This document shows, in pieces, positions 27,669 through 36,569 of a stretch of DNA of 36,569 nucleotides. A program made the position numbers and the translations under genes. The first letter of the stretch is position 1; every line of letters starts with the position of its first letter. This DNA comes from a virus. Lineage: Duplodnaviria > Heunggongvirae > Uroviricota > Caudoviricetes. The notes under the pieces were generated by a model. That model saw only the letters and a program-made list of their open reading frames with translations, ran no database searches and was not told where the DNA came from. The stretch lies in the IMG/VR virus record IMGVR_UViG_2721755726_000003; one strand, given 5' to 3'.

Positions 27669-30089
27669 TTAATACAGGTTCCGCCACTTATCATCTTCCT
27701 TCAGACGCTGGTTCCGATAGAAGATACGCAGGCCTGCTCCTGACGGAATACTGCCGCCGCGAAGGAGCAAATCGACTTCTTTCTCGCTGCCATCAAATCC
27801 CCTGGACTTCAGTTCATAGACGAGCTGCTGTCGCTGATGGTCTGTAATTCGCTGTTTGTAGTCTTTACGCCGTTTCGGTTTCACCTGGCGTAACCTTGCA
27901 GCCAGTTCCCGGCGCTCTTTTTTGCTCATACTGTGCAGGTAATCGTGCAACTCCTTGTCATTCATACGGGTAATATCCGTTCTGGAGTCCCCATCAGCTG
28001 ATTTGTCTTTCCCTTGTTGGTTCAAATTTTCAGCAAGGGGACAGTTATTGCCACGAGTCCAAGGGGCGCAAGCGCCCTGGTCGGCTGCCGCCTCCTGAAC
28101 GTCAACGGCCTTACGAACCATTTTCCACTTCACCGCATGAGTGCAGATCTTGCCCTCTGCAATGGGTGACCAGATGCCATAAATACGAATACCGTGATCG
28201 CCATAGGCGGTTGGCTCTTCGTTGATTTCATAAGCGGTTCTGATGAGGTGATATTTACGGGGAACCAGTACGCCGCCCTGCTTCATGATATAGGTGGCAA
28301 AACAACCAGCATCAGCAGCAGCCAGAATGGCATCAAGGCGCGGGTTATCCAGTACCGGCGCACCTGCTTTTTTGTCACCCTGTTGCCTTGCCGCCTGACC
28401 AGCCAGCAATCGCAGTTCACGGTAAGCCTGACGCCCCGGAATGCCAAAGAAGCGGAATTGCTGAACACGATGCAGAGACGCCCAGGCATTAACGTATTCA
28501 GCGTTATCACGCAGGGATTTACCCGTTTCCTTGCTGATCTCCCCAGCCAGACCACGCCCGTCAATGTTCTTACTGATGTATTTCGCGATGTAGCTTGTTG
28601 GCGTACCTTTGCGCGGGTTTATCAGCTCAGACTTAAAGCGTGGTCCCGTGTTATTGCCCAGCTCCTCGCGGTCTTCACGGATGGCAAACTTACGCAGTAA
28701 TGCAGTGATGGCGCGGCGGTCTTTTTTACGCATGAAACACATGAGATGCCAGTGCACAGTACCGTCATGATGCGGCTCAGCTACCCGCACGCCATACCAG
28801 CGCAACTCGGCTTTATGCATAGCCTTACGAAATGCAGCAAACATGCCGACCAGATAATCGCTACTTTGTCTTACCGTCGCGTTTGTCCAGGTCGGGTTTG
28901 GTCTGCCGTTATTGAGCGTGGAATGGAAACGCGACGGACAGGTGATAGTGTAGAAAACGGCACAGTCACTGCGCATTTCCGCGATAAGCTCCAGACCTTT
29001 AACACAGGCCATCATCTCATTGCGGCGATGCGCCGGGTTGCTGCTGCTGGCGTTTACCACATCTTCCATATCCAGCGTGTCGCCGTCTTCGTTCACCAGT
29101 TCATGAGAACGAAAAAACTCCAGCGACTTACGGCGCTGCTCACGTTTATGCATCACGGCTTCATAGCTGACATAGGGGGATGCTTTTTTGCTGACCAGGC
29201 AGACAGCACGCAACTGCTCTTCCCGCCATTCGCAACGCATCTTCCATAATTTCCGATACCACCAGTCGGCACACAACATACGCGCCAGCGAACCCGGGAT
29301 GAGTTCATAGGGCACTGGTTTGCGGCGGTTTCTTTTCCGACGAAGTTTCTCAAACGCAGGCGGGATAACATCCAGACGCAGGGTTTCCGCTGCCACCTTT
29401 TCCCATGTCTTGCGGATTTCTTCTGGCTTAACGTCATCGGTGGCATACAAATCACCACAAGCGTCCTCAAGACACATGCTCATATGCGCTGCTACCAGGG
29501 TGGACAGGCGTTTCACCTGATCCTGGCTCATTTCAGGCAGGATCAGCAGCCCCTCCAGCCCTTGATGGCTTGCCATAAAACGGAAAGAAACAGATAGCTG
29601 ACTGTCACGTACACAATCCAGTCGCTCCAGACATGGCTTAATCGTCTCACGCAAATAGCGGGAATAAGCCTTTGGCCTGCCCAGGCTGCTGAAGTATTCA
29701 ATACGTTGCATCAGCGGCTTGCTGATATGGGAAGGCTGGGCGTTTACGTCCGCCAGAATGACCATGTCCGGATTAAAACGCTGCTGCTCATGCGCCAGCT
29801 TTGCCCGGCTAATGAGCTTATCCTGCTCCATTTCGCGCTGGACAGGATCACGGGATTCATTAAAGAAATAACGCTCCCAGACCTGCTCACTCAGTGCCTC
29901 GCGGCGCAGTTGCTCCTGCTCGTTATCGGCAGCGTACAGAGTGATCAGGTTTGAAAGTGCAGACTCCGGCGCAACTTCCGCCGGGTCCAGATAAGGGTTA
30001 ATGGCCTTTTTCGAGCCGTTCCATGAAAATGCTGCGGCGGCCTCGTTAAAGCCGCTGCAATTGTTCATATCGTCATGACTCATACACAC
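27669..30089 (-). CDS. A: rolling-circle replication initiation protein A
   Basis: 806-aa ORF, P2 gpA-like, HWH metal-binding motif (VHWHLMCF) and catalytic Tyr-containing YIAKYISK. Confidence 0.9.
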   Translation of the reverse strand: MCMSHDDMNNCSGFNEAAAAFSWNGSKKAINPYLDPAEVAPESALSNLITLYAADNEQEQLRREALSEQVWERYFFNESRDPVQREMEQDKLISRAKLAHEQQRFNPDMVILADVNAQPSHISKPLMQRIEYFSSLGRPKAYSRYLRETIKPCLERLDCVRDSQLSVSFRFMASHQGLEGLLILPEMSQDQVKRLSTLVAAHMSMCLEDACGDLYATDDVKPEEIRKTWEKVAAETLRLDVIPPAFEKLRRKRNRRKPVPYELIPGSLARMLCADWWYRKLWKMRCEWREEQLRAVCLVSKKASPYVSYEAVMHKREQRRKSLEFFRSHELVNEDGDTLDMEDVVNASSSNPAHRRNEMMACVKGLELIAEMRSDCAVFYTITCPSRFHSTLNNGRPNPTWTNATVRQSSDYLVGMFAAFRKAMHKAELRWYGVRVAEPHHDGTVHWHLMCFMRKKDRRAITALLRKFAIREDREELGNNTGPRFKSELINPRKGTPTSYIAKYISKNIDGRGLAGEISKETGKSLRDNAEYVNAWASLHRVQQFRFFGIPGRQAYRELRLLAGQAARQQGDKKAGAPVLDNPRLDAILAAADAGCFATYIMKQGGVLVPRKYHLIRTAYEINEEPTAYGDHGIRIYGIWSPIAEGKICTHAVKWKMVRKAVDVQEAAADQGACAPWTRGNNCPLAENLNQQGKDKSADGDSRTDITRMNDKELHDYLHSMSKKERRELAARLRQVKPKRRKDYKQRITDHQRQQLVYELKSRGFDGSEKEVDLLLRGGSIPSGAGLRIFYRNQRLKEDDKWRNLY

Positions 30090-30937
30090 ACTCCGTACAC
30101 GGCAGAACTATCCACGCCACGCGAAGGATCAAATCCCAACCAGCAGCTCGGCCCGGAAACAGCAATGATTTCTGTTGCAGATTTACCCTCGCCAGCTGAC
30201 ACGCCGATGCTGCGTTTTGCCTTGATATAGTGGTGAGTAAAATTGCGATACAGCGAACGAATCAGGGATGTGTCATTGTTAGAAACAATGACCGGATGTC
30301 CTTCTGATGACCGATGTTCAAGAATGGATGCCAGGTGATACTGGTCATCTTCAGTGAAACCATCAGTGTGATAGCCGGAAAACGTACCGTCATACGGCGG
30401 ATCGCAATACACCACATCCCCCACCTGCAGCATCGCCAGCGTTTCATCAAAGCTCGCGCAGATAAACGTTGCCCGCTGGGCTTTCTCTGCAAATGCGCGA
30501 ATTTCTTTTTCAGGGAAATACGGATTTTTATAATTACCGTAGGGAATGTTGAAATACCCGCTCTTGTTATAGCGACATAAACCACGGTAACCGTGACGAT
30601 TGAGATACAGGAAATATATCGCCTTCATGAAATCAGTAATTTCAGTTGAGTAATTAAACTCCTGTCTTATGTTGTAATAAGCCAGCTCACTGTTTGCTTC
30701 CTCAAATAAAACTTTGGCACGAGATATAAACGCTTCGCAATCAGCGGCAATCTTTTTATAGAGGTTGATTAAATCAGGATTAATATCCGCAACCAGATAG
30801 CTGGGGTAATCCGTCGCCATCATCACAGCACAAGAACCCGCGAAAGGTTCAACCAGTCGCGGGCCAGCAGGAAGGTATTTTTTCAGTTCGGACATAATGG
30901 CGGTTTTATTACCCGCCCATTTCAGGATGGTGCTCAT
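30080..30937 (-). CDS. dam: DNA adenine methyltransferase (Dam-like)
   Basis: N-terminal LKWAGNK and catalytic DPPY motifs; start taken at [11 protein letters not shown] (track start 30997). Confidence 0.85.
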   Translation of the reverse strand: MSTILKWAGNKTAIMSELKKYLPAGPRLVEPFAGSCAVMMATDYPSYLVADINPDLINLYKKIAADCEAFISRAKVLFEEANSELAYYNIRQEFNYSTEITDFMKAIYFLYLNRHGYRGLCRYNKSGYFNIPYGNYKNPYFPEKEIRAFAEKAQRATFICASFDETLAMLQVGDVVYCDPPYDGTFSGYHTDGFTEDDQYHLASILEHRSSEGHPVIVSNNDTSLIRSLYRNFTHHYIKAKRSIGVSAGEGKSATEIIAVSGPSCWLGFDPSRGVDSSAVYGVCV

Positions 30938-31161
30938 ACAGCACCTCCGTTGTAATGTTTGCCTTTCAGCTCTGCGATTTCCTGGCAGGTAATGCAAAGC
31001 TGCACTCCAGGAATGGCACGGCGGCGTGCTGGCGGAATTGGCGCTTCACACTCAACGCAAAGCACGCGGGACACGCCCGGCGTTTTGGCACGGGCAGCAC
31101 GGATATGGCGTTGGCGTTCTTCTTCAACGCGCTGCTGTACGAGATCCATTGCATCAGCCAT
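30934..31161 (-). CDS. TraR/DksA-family C4 zinc-finger protein
   Basis: CVECEAPIP...CITCQ four-Cys motif in 75-aa basic protein. Confidence 0.7.
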   Translation of the reverse strand: MADAMDLVQQRVEEERQRHIRAARAKTPGVSRVLCVECEAPIPPARRRAIPGVQLCITCQEIAELKGKHYNGGAV

Positions 31162-31400
31162 CAGTGGATCTCCTGCGCTTCGTTCTGGATTGCTTCAGCA
31201 GTCACACGCAGCAGTTCTGCCGCTTCGACGTGGTTTAGCTGGCGGGAGGTGATATGACACGCCAGGCTATCGAGGCGAGCAGCCATTGCTTCAGCCCTTG
31301 CCCGGCGTTCTTCCAGACGAGCCTCTGTCAGTAAAAGATTAAGACCTGCATCATCCGGTCCGGTTTTGGTCGTGAGGGTTTCAATATTACGCATAAGCAA
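31161..31400 (-). CDS. hypothetical early protein
   Basis: 79-aa ORF in early operon, no recognised motif. Confidence 0.5.
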   Translation of the reverse strand: MLMRNIETLTTKTGPDDAGLNLLLTEARLEERRARAEAMAARLDSLACHITSRQLNHVEAAELLRVTAEAIQNEAQEIH

Positions 31401-31461
31401 TTCTCCTGAATTTAGATAAAGGGATGCCCGGCGGGTTTACGCCATTAATTTCATTAGTTGG

Positions 31462-31803
31462 TTAATTCGGCATGGTTAGCCGTCTGGGAAATAAGCTCAC
31501 CACTGCACGAAAATGATTCATTGCTTTAATCAACTCCCGCTTTTCGTCAGTGGTCAGCTCATTAATGCTGATGCTATGACGTTCAGCTGGAATTTTTGCC
31601 ATAAAGAATATGGCAGCCAGTGCCCGTTTATTTTGTTCATTATTGATATCCCGTGGATCACGCATATCTTTAATAAACCGCTCAAGCTCTGACTCAATAT
31701 TCAAACCAAAAACTTTCGCCCTTAACTCCGCAATATGATTAAGTCCATTCAGGCGTTCACCGGGTCTTAATGGAACAGTCGCCGCAGCGCCTTCAATAGC
31801 CAT
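31462..31803 (-). CDS. hypothetical early protein
   Basis: 113-aa ORF in early operon, position comparable to 186 dhr region. Confidence 0.5.
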   Translation of the reverse strand: MAIEGAAATVPLRPGERLNGLNHIAELRAKVFGLNIESELERFIKDMRDPRDINNEQNKRALAAIFFMAKIPAERHSISINELTTDEKRELIKAMNHFRAVVSLFPRRLTMPN

Positions 31804-31967
31804 TTGTTCCCCCGTTTTTTCGTAGATAGTTCTGCCAGCAATTCATCTTGTGAACGGCACGGATGCCAGCGTTTTCCATCCTCACCCATGATCCAGCCGT
31901 GACCGTAGTGCATTGCCGGGCTTTGCTTTACCAGCAGCGATGCAAATGATGGTTCTTTCGTCAGCAT
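31767..31967 (-). CDS. hypothetical small early protein
   Basis: Start taken at internal Met just after cII stop; position comparable to 186 fil; low confidence. Confidence 0.4.
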   Translation of the reverse strand: MLTKEPSFASLLVKQSPAMHYGHGWIMGEDGKRWHPCRSQDELLAELSTKKRGNKWLLKALRRLFH

Positions 31968-31974
31968 AAGCACC

Positions 31975-32484
31975 TCACAGCAAACCGAATGAAGCACCGA
32001 GGCCAGTCACGGTATCAACTGCACTCGCCATCGCAGGATTAGTCTGTAAACGGGCCTGCAATGAAACAGCGGCCAGCGCCATCAGTCGTGTTACAGAGTT
32101 AATGCTGCTGATAGCATCACGACGACCTGCACTGGTTTTTACATCGCCAGATACCGCACCTGCAGCAACACGCCCGATCTCTGCGGTTGCACTCATGACG
32201 TAATGTGGCAGTTTCTCTTTTGCCACCTCATTAATCGGTACGCATGGCAGGCAGTGAATCTGAGCCAGAAAACCATCTACCAGCGTTGAATCTTCAGTCA
32301 GATCGGTAAGCAGCCAGATTTCTGGTGCGGTTAATAAATGAGGTTGAGCCGGGTTCAGCTTGTTCCGCAGAATCTGCACATTCATGCCAGCACGTTCTGC
32401 CAGTTGCACCAGGTTGTGGCGCAGCGCGAATGCACGACAGGCTTCATCAAAATGTGGATGTTTGGAAACTTGGTAATCAAACAT
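31975..32484 (-). CDS. cII: CII-like lysogeny establishment regulator (186 type)
   Basis: 169-aa product starting [19 protein letters not shown], recognised as resembling phage 186 CII; start at internal Met of track ORF. Confidence 0.7.
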   Translation of the reverse strand: MFDYQVSKHPHFDEACRAFALRHNLVQLAERAGMNVQILRNKLNPAQPHLLTAPEIWLLTDLTEDSTLVDGFLAQIHCLPCVPINEVAKEKLPHYVMSATAEIGRVAAGAVSGDVKTSAGRRDAISSINSVTRLMALAAVSLQARLQTNPAMASAVDTVTGLGASFGLL

Positions 32485-32516
32485 AGTCGACACCCCTGAT
32501 GTATCCCAAAATGGAA

Positions 32517-32738
32517 CTAGTTGAATACAACATTGCAATCAGTAAGTGCATCAACGGTAAGAGCAGCAAGGTTGATCATTACCTTTTCTCTTTTCTTGTC
32601 TTTCCGAAGGCGATGACGAGGGATGCGACCATCAGCCAGCATATCGTTGATTGTGTCGATAGAAAGACCAGTAAGTTCGCTATAACGCTCAATTGTGACG
32701 TGCGGCGTATTCAGAGTTATTGAAATGTTAGGGGTCAT
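32517..32738 (-). CDS. apl: Apl/Cox-like excisionase and switch regulator
   Basis: 73-aa basic protein first in the early operon, divergent from cI; AGGAG SD; start at internal Met. Confidence 0.6.
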   Translation of the reverse strand: MTPNISITLNTPHVTIERYSELTGLSIDTINDMLADGRIPRHRLRKDKKREKVMINLAALTVDALTDCNVVFN

Positions 32739-32826
32739 GATGCAACATCTCCTATTGGCTTGTGGTGAGCCGGTATTAATCGTGACGAAAACTTCACAAA
32801 ACGGAGAATAGGTTCGCATAAAGAAT
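32739..32826. promoter_or_regulatory. lysis-lysogeny switch region between apl and cI
   Basis: Only 88 bp separate divergent start codons of apl and cI, so promoters and operators must overlap here. Confidence 0.4.
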
Positions 32827-33768
32827 ATGTCAACTAATAAAATCACATTTCGCCATATTGAAGATCATCTGAAAGCCATGGTCATGCAGAATCGAGGAGG
32901 GCAAAAAGTCATTGAGAGAATACTCATGGCCTATGGTTTCAAATCACGCCAAGCATTCTGTAACCACCTTGGTATTTCACAAAGTACAATGGCTAACAGA
33001 TATGCACGCGATACCTTCCCTGCTGATTGGGTTGTTATATGTTCAATGGAAACTGGCGCATCAATCGAATGGTTAGCATTTGGTTTAGATGCTGAAGAAG
33101 GAGTGCCAGTTCCTTCGCCAGAACGGCATGCTGAAAAACAGTCTGCAGATGAATTTTGCAATGAAGTTCACACCCCCACGATAAAGTTCGATAATGAAAA
33201 CCACATGGATTTCACTCGAGGGGGTAAAGCAGCAATAGAGCGAATTGTTAAGGCTTACGGTTACAAAACGCGCCAAGCCTTAGCCGATCACCTTGGTATC
33301 TCAAAAAGCACATTAGCTACACGATACATGCGAGACATTTTTCCGGCAGACTGGATCATCCAATGCTGTTTAGAAACAGGAGTGTCTCTCGAGTGGTTAT
33401 CTTTTGGTAAGGGGCATTCCAATCAAACAAAGCTAAGTGGGTTGCTTACATTAGACTGCTATGATCTACGTGACGGCAAACTTACTGATCAAAGAGAATT
33501 AATCGTTTCGAGCGAAATTTTACCTCAAAATTTAAAACATCCCTATATAGTTAATTCCGCAAATGATTCATATATCATTAGCAAAGAGGAGTATCTTAGC
33601 GATGGTCTATGGTTAGTATCTATTAACGGAGAATTTACTTTTAGAGACATATTTAAACTTCCAAACAATCGCATCCGCGTTGAAAACACAAAATATAGCT
33701 TTGAATGCGATAAAGAAGATTTGGAATTTAATAATAAAGTTAAAGGAATAATTAGAAAAAGGGTTTAA
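32827..33768 (+). CDS. cI: CI immunity repressor with tandemly duplicated N-terminal DNA-binding domain
   Basis: Two about 67-aa repeats (residues 22-88 and 130-196) each resembling the 186 CI N-terminal domain, then a C-terminal domain. Confidence 0.7.
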   Translation: MSTNKITFRHIEDHLKAMVMQNRGGQKVIERILMAYGFKSRQAFCNHLGISQSTMANRYARDTFPADWVVICSMETGASIEWLAFGLDAEEGVPVPSPERHAEKQSADEFCNEVHTPTIKFDNENHMDFTRGGKAAIERIVKAYGYKTRQALADHLGISKSTLATRYMRDIFPADWIIQCCLETGVSLEWLSFGKGHSNQTKLSGLLTLDCYDLRDGKLTDQRELIVSSEILPQNLKHPYIVNSANDSYIISKEEYLSDGLWLVSINGEFTFRDIFKLPNNRIRVENTKYSFECDKEDLEFNNKVKGIIRKRV

Positions 33769-33770
33769 CA

Positions 33771-34820
33771 ATGAGCTTTACGAAAACTATTGAATTTGCA
33801 AACTATACCTTAAATTTTGGAGAGGACAAAGTTCTCTTAGATGCTTTTGATTGCATTGTTTTTCCTTCATTTTTCGCACAAAAATACGTTAGAAAATTTA
33901 AAGATACAGAATATTTCTTTACTGACACAAAAATTATTACGTTAGATACTACAGATTCAGATTTTATTGGTCCTATAGTTCCAACAATTGCATTGTGTGG
34001 CCGCATTATAAAAAAGACCATATTTAAACGAGATCAAATATTTCAAGATGGTCAATTAATTCGAGATCACAGGACGCTAGAAAGTCACCCCAGCTCTATT
34101 TTTATTCTTATGCTTAATGAGCACAGATTAATGCTTTGCAAAGAGGTTTCTGGAGCCCCTACCCTAGAAGAATTTGAAAATACTAGCAAGTATTGCCTTG
34201 CACAGCGATATAATTCTTTTGTGGATTACGAAGTAAAAAAAAATAAAAGAATTAGAAAGAAAAAATCATACATTGATCGACTGTATAAAAAAGATATTTA
34301 TCGTAAACTAGGAGCCCCCAAATTACGGGTTACCCCCTTAACAGACCCAAGATCATTGAGCAATTTTGTTGAACTCTTTTCTGTTGTTAATAGATTATCA
34401 ATTGAGTTATTGCCAACAAATAGTGAAAATATATCTCTTGATGGCTTCTGGAGGAAAATTGAACAAGAAAAAGAAGAACTTAATAGTAGTAAAGCTCAAT
34501 TAGTATACACAAATAAAAATGAAGATGGTTTAAATTCTGAGGCCGTCATTCAAAAAACAACAAGTGCAACCCGAATGGCCAACTCTAAAGTAATTATCAG
34601 TGGTAAAGATGAACACGGAGCAAGGCTATCAGGGAATAATGATAGTTTTACTCTAAAAGCATCAAGGCCACAACTTAGTTCTGATTTGGAAAGAGCTGCT
34701 CAAGAGGCGTATTCTGCATTCACAGAATTAAAGGATGAAGGAAATATTATTATTCCAGAACGTGAAGATTATACTAAAATTTTTTCCAAGTTAACATCAA
34801 TAATTTCTAGGTGGCTATAG
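33771..34820 (+). CDS. hypothetical 349-aa soluble protein, component A of cI-linked accessory cassette
   Basis: ATG 2 nt after cI stop; AT-rich; Lys-rich central segment; no recognised motif. Confidence 0.7.
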   Translation: MSFTKTIEFANYTLNFGEDKVLLDAFDCIVFPSFFAQKYVRKFKDTEYFFTDTKIITLDTTDSDFIGPIVPTIALCGRIIKKTIFKRDQIFQDGQLIRDHRTLESHPSSIFILMLNEHRLMLCKEVSGAPTLEEFENTSKYCLAQRYNSFVDYEVKKNKRIRKKKSYIDRLYKKDIYRKLGAPKLRVTPLTDPRSLSNFVELFSVVNRLSIELLPTNSENISLDGFWRKIEQEKEELNSSKAQLVYTNKNEDGLNSEAVIQKTTSATRMANSKVIISGKDEHGARLSGNNDSFTLKASRPQLSSDLERAAQEAYSAFTELKDEGNIIIPEREDYTKIFSKLTSIISRWL

Positions 34821-34821
34821 T

Positions 34822-35427
34822 ATGAAATATACATTCAACCCAGAAGATCTGACCAAAGAGCGATCTTTGCATGATGTTTACAAATTAACTAAAAAAATAA
34901 AGGTCAATTCATTTGACTTTTATTTCACATTATTGTTAGTGATATTATTATCTATTAATGCTTTTTGTCTATCTTCATCACCAGAGTTAATTTCATCTAT
35001 TAGACAATGGACACCTTTAGTATTCGGATTCACTACAACAACATTAGGTTTTTTAATTACTGGATTTACAATATTTGCAACCATAAATAAACCTGAACTT
35101 TTCCTTTCATTAATGGAGTATAAGCATCCATTATACGGGATAAGTTACTTAAAATATGTTTATGGTGTATTTATGAGAGTATTTATATATTTCATATTTT
35201 GGTCTGTTATCTATCTTTTAGTCCTTCTTTTCGGGCAAGAAAATGGATTGGCTACAAAATTACTCAGAGCCTTAATGTTTTCTCATTGCACTAAAGTTGT
35301 TGGAGTTCAAATACTATATATACTCGTAGGAAGCAGTGCAGTGTTCCTTGTATTAACTTTAAAAACTTTCCTGTTCAATATTTATGCTATGTTAATGCAA
35401 TCTCTACGCTGGGAAGTAGAAAGATAA
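34822..35427 (+). CDS. hypothetical 201-aa membrane protein with four predicted TM helices, component B of cI-linked accessory cassette
   Basis: ATG 1 nt after upstream stop with AGGTGG SD; four hydrophobic stretches of about 20 residues; AT-rich. Confidence 0.7.
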   Translation: MKYTFNPEDLTKERSLHDVYKLTKKIKVNSFDFYFTLLLVILLSINAFCLSSSPELISSIRQWTPLVFGFTTTTLGFLITGFTIFATINKPELFLSLMEYKHPLYGISYLKYVYGVFMRVFIYFIFWSVIYLLVLLFGQENGLATKLLRALMFSHCTKVVGVQILYILVGSSAVFLVLTLKTFLFNIYAMLMQSLRWEVER

Positions 35428-35436
35428 AATTAACCT

Positions 35437-35516
35437 CAATGTATGAATCTTAATTCATATACATTGACACTGGTTATACATACAGTAAAAATGCTCTCCA
35501 CTGGAGGGCATTTTTT
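35437..35516 (+). promoter_or_regulatory. int upstream region with imperfect palindrome, TTGACA hexamer and hairpin plus T-run
   Basis: Imperfect inverted repeat caatgtatgaat...attcatatacattg, perfect TTGACA at 35464..35469, stem-loop gctctccactggagggc followed by TTTTTT directly before int ATG. Confidence 0.3.
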
Positions 35517-36569
35517 ATGGCAGTACGAAAACTCACCACAGGAAAATGGCTATGCGAATGTTACCCCGCGGGACGTAGTGGACGTCGTGTGCGTAAACAA
35601 TTCGCCACCAAAGGTGAAGCTCTGGCTTTTGAGCGTCACACGATGGAAGAAACCGAAGCAAAGCCCTGGCTGGGTGAATCAGTGGATCGTCGAACACTGA
35701 AAGACGTGGTTGAGCTATGGTTCAAACTACATGGTAAATCTCTGACAGCTGGGCAGCATGTCTATGACAAATTGCTGTTGATAGTTGACGCTCTGGGCAA
35801 TCCCCTTGCAACCGATCTCACCTCTAAAATGTTTGCCCACTATCGAGATAAACGCCTGACAGGAGAGATCTACTTCAGCGAAAAATGGAAGAAAGGAGCA
35901 AGCCCGGTCACCATTAACCTGGAGCAAAGCTATCTTAGTAGTGTTTTTAGCGAACTATCCCGCCTGGGCGAATGGTCGTATCCGAACCCACTGGAGAACA
36001 TGCGAAAATTCACCATCGCAGAAAAAGAGATGGCATGGCTTACCCATGAGCAGATTGTTGAATTACTGGCTGATTGCAAACGTCAGGACCCAATTCTGGC
36101 ACTGGTAGTTAAGATATGCTTAAGCACAGGCGCACGCTGGCGAGAAGCCGTAAATCTTACTCGTTCACAGGTGACCAAATACCGAATTACCTTTGTAAGA
36201 ACGAAGGGGAAGAAAAACAGAAGCATCCCTATCAGTAAAGAGCTTTACGAAGAGATCATGGCGCTTGATGGGTTCAATTTCTTCACAGACTGCTATTTTC
36301 AATTTTTATCCGTGATGGAAAAAACGTCTATCGTGCTCCCTCGCGGTCAACTCACACACGTTCTGCGCCATACGTTTGCAGCGCACTTCATGATGTCGGG
36401 TGGAAACATCCTGGCCTTACAAAAAATTCTCGGACATCACGATATAAAAATGACGATGCGTTACGCACATCTGGCACCGGATCATCTGGAAACGGCGCTC
36501 CGTTTCAATCCTCTGGCAACGCTGCCAAGTGGCGACAAAGTGGCGGCAGCGGTTGGCATTACCCCGTAA
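35517..36569 (+). CDS. int: tyrosine integrase (P2/186 family)
   Basis: 350-aa ORF with C-terminal R...H..R...Y catalytic region (HVLRHTFA...MRYAHL); stop codon is last 3 bases of window. Confidence 0.9.
   Translation: MAVRKLTTGKWLCECYPAGRSGRRVRKQFATKGEALAFERHTMEETEAKPWLGESVDRRTLKDVVELWFKLHGKSLTAGQHVYDKLLLIVDALGNPLATDLTSKMFAHYRDKRLTGEIYFSEKWKKGASPVTINLEQSYLSSVFSELSRLGEWSYPNPLENMRKFTIAEKEMAWLTHEQIVELLADCKRQDPILALVVKICLSTGARWREAVNLTRSQVTKYRITFVRTKGKKNRSIPISKELYEEIMALDGFNFFTDCYFQFLSVMEKTSIVLPRGQLTHVLRHTFAAHFMMSGGNILALQKILGHHDIKMTMRYAHLAPDHLETALRFNPLATLPSGDKVAAAVGITP

Larger units (their letters stand above)
2777..36569. mobile_element. P2/186-family prophage (left boundary approximate; right att beyond window end)
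   Basis: Contiguous P2-order late genes, cos-like site, 186-like early/immunity genes and tyrosine integrase; host genes only to the left. Confidence 0.85.

Noticed and set aside
28194-28700. 168-aa plus-strand ORF inside replication gene A
   Set aside because: Antisense to A; no start signal; likely spurious.
31975-32538. Track start of cII ORF (187 aa) and of apl, J, Dam, LysA, ogr and invertase ORFs
   Set aside because: The six-frame track takes the longest ORF and permits GTG/TTG starts; internal Met starts were preferred where they abut the upstream gene stop or match the expected family N-terminus.

Overview
The window holds an E. coli-like host locus, grxA-ybjM-ybjL (1..2620), followed by a nearly complete P2/186-family temperate prophage running from about 2.8 kb to the window end, where the integrase stop codon coincides with the last base. 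The right attachment site is therefore not visible. All calls rest on reading the six-frame translations and the sequence by eye; no database search or computation was run. The late genes follow the P2 order on the minus strand: ogr, D, U, T, E/E' (with a TTTTTTG -1 frameshift site), FII, FI, a Gin/Hin-type invertase with an invertible tail-fibre cassette bounded by 26-bp inverted repeats, H/G, I, J, W, V, S, R, a lysis cassette with an embedded lipoprotein spanin, X, L, M, N and O, with P and Q divergent on the plus strand. The early region is 186-like: replication protein A, Dam methylase, TraR-like zinc finger, CII, Apl, a CI repressor with a tandemly duplicated N-terminal domain, and a LexA-box-controlled operon ending in a DinI-like gene. 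Three visibly AT-rich accessory insertions are the best candidates for undescribed biology: (1) a two-gene cassette (349-aa soluble protein plus 201-aa four-TM membrane protein) translationally coupled to the CI repressor and upstream of int, the same architecture as lambda cI-rexA-rexB; (2) a 469-aa orphan protein between the portal gene and a putative cos site; (3) a small, strongly acidic 111-aa protein next to cos. Their functions are inferred from context only.
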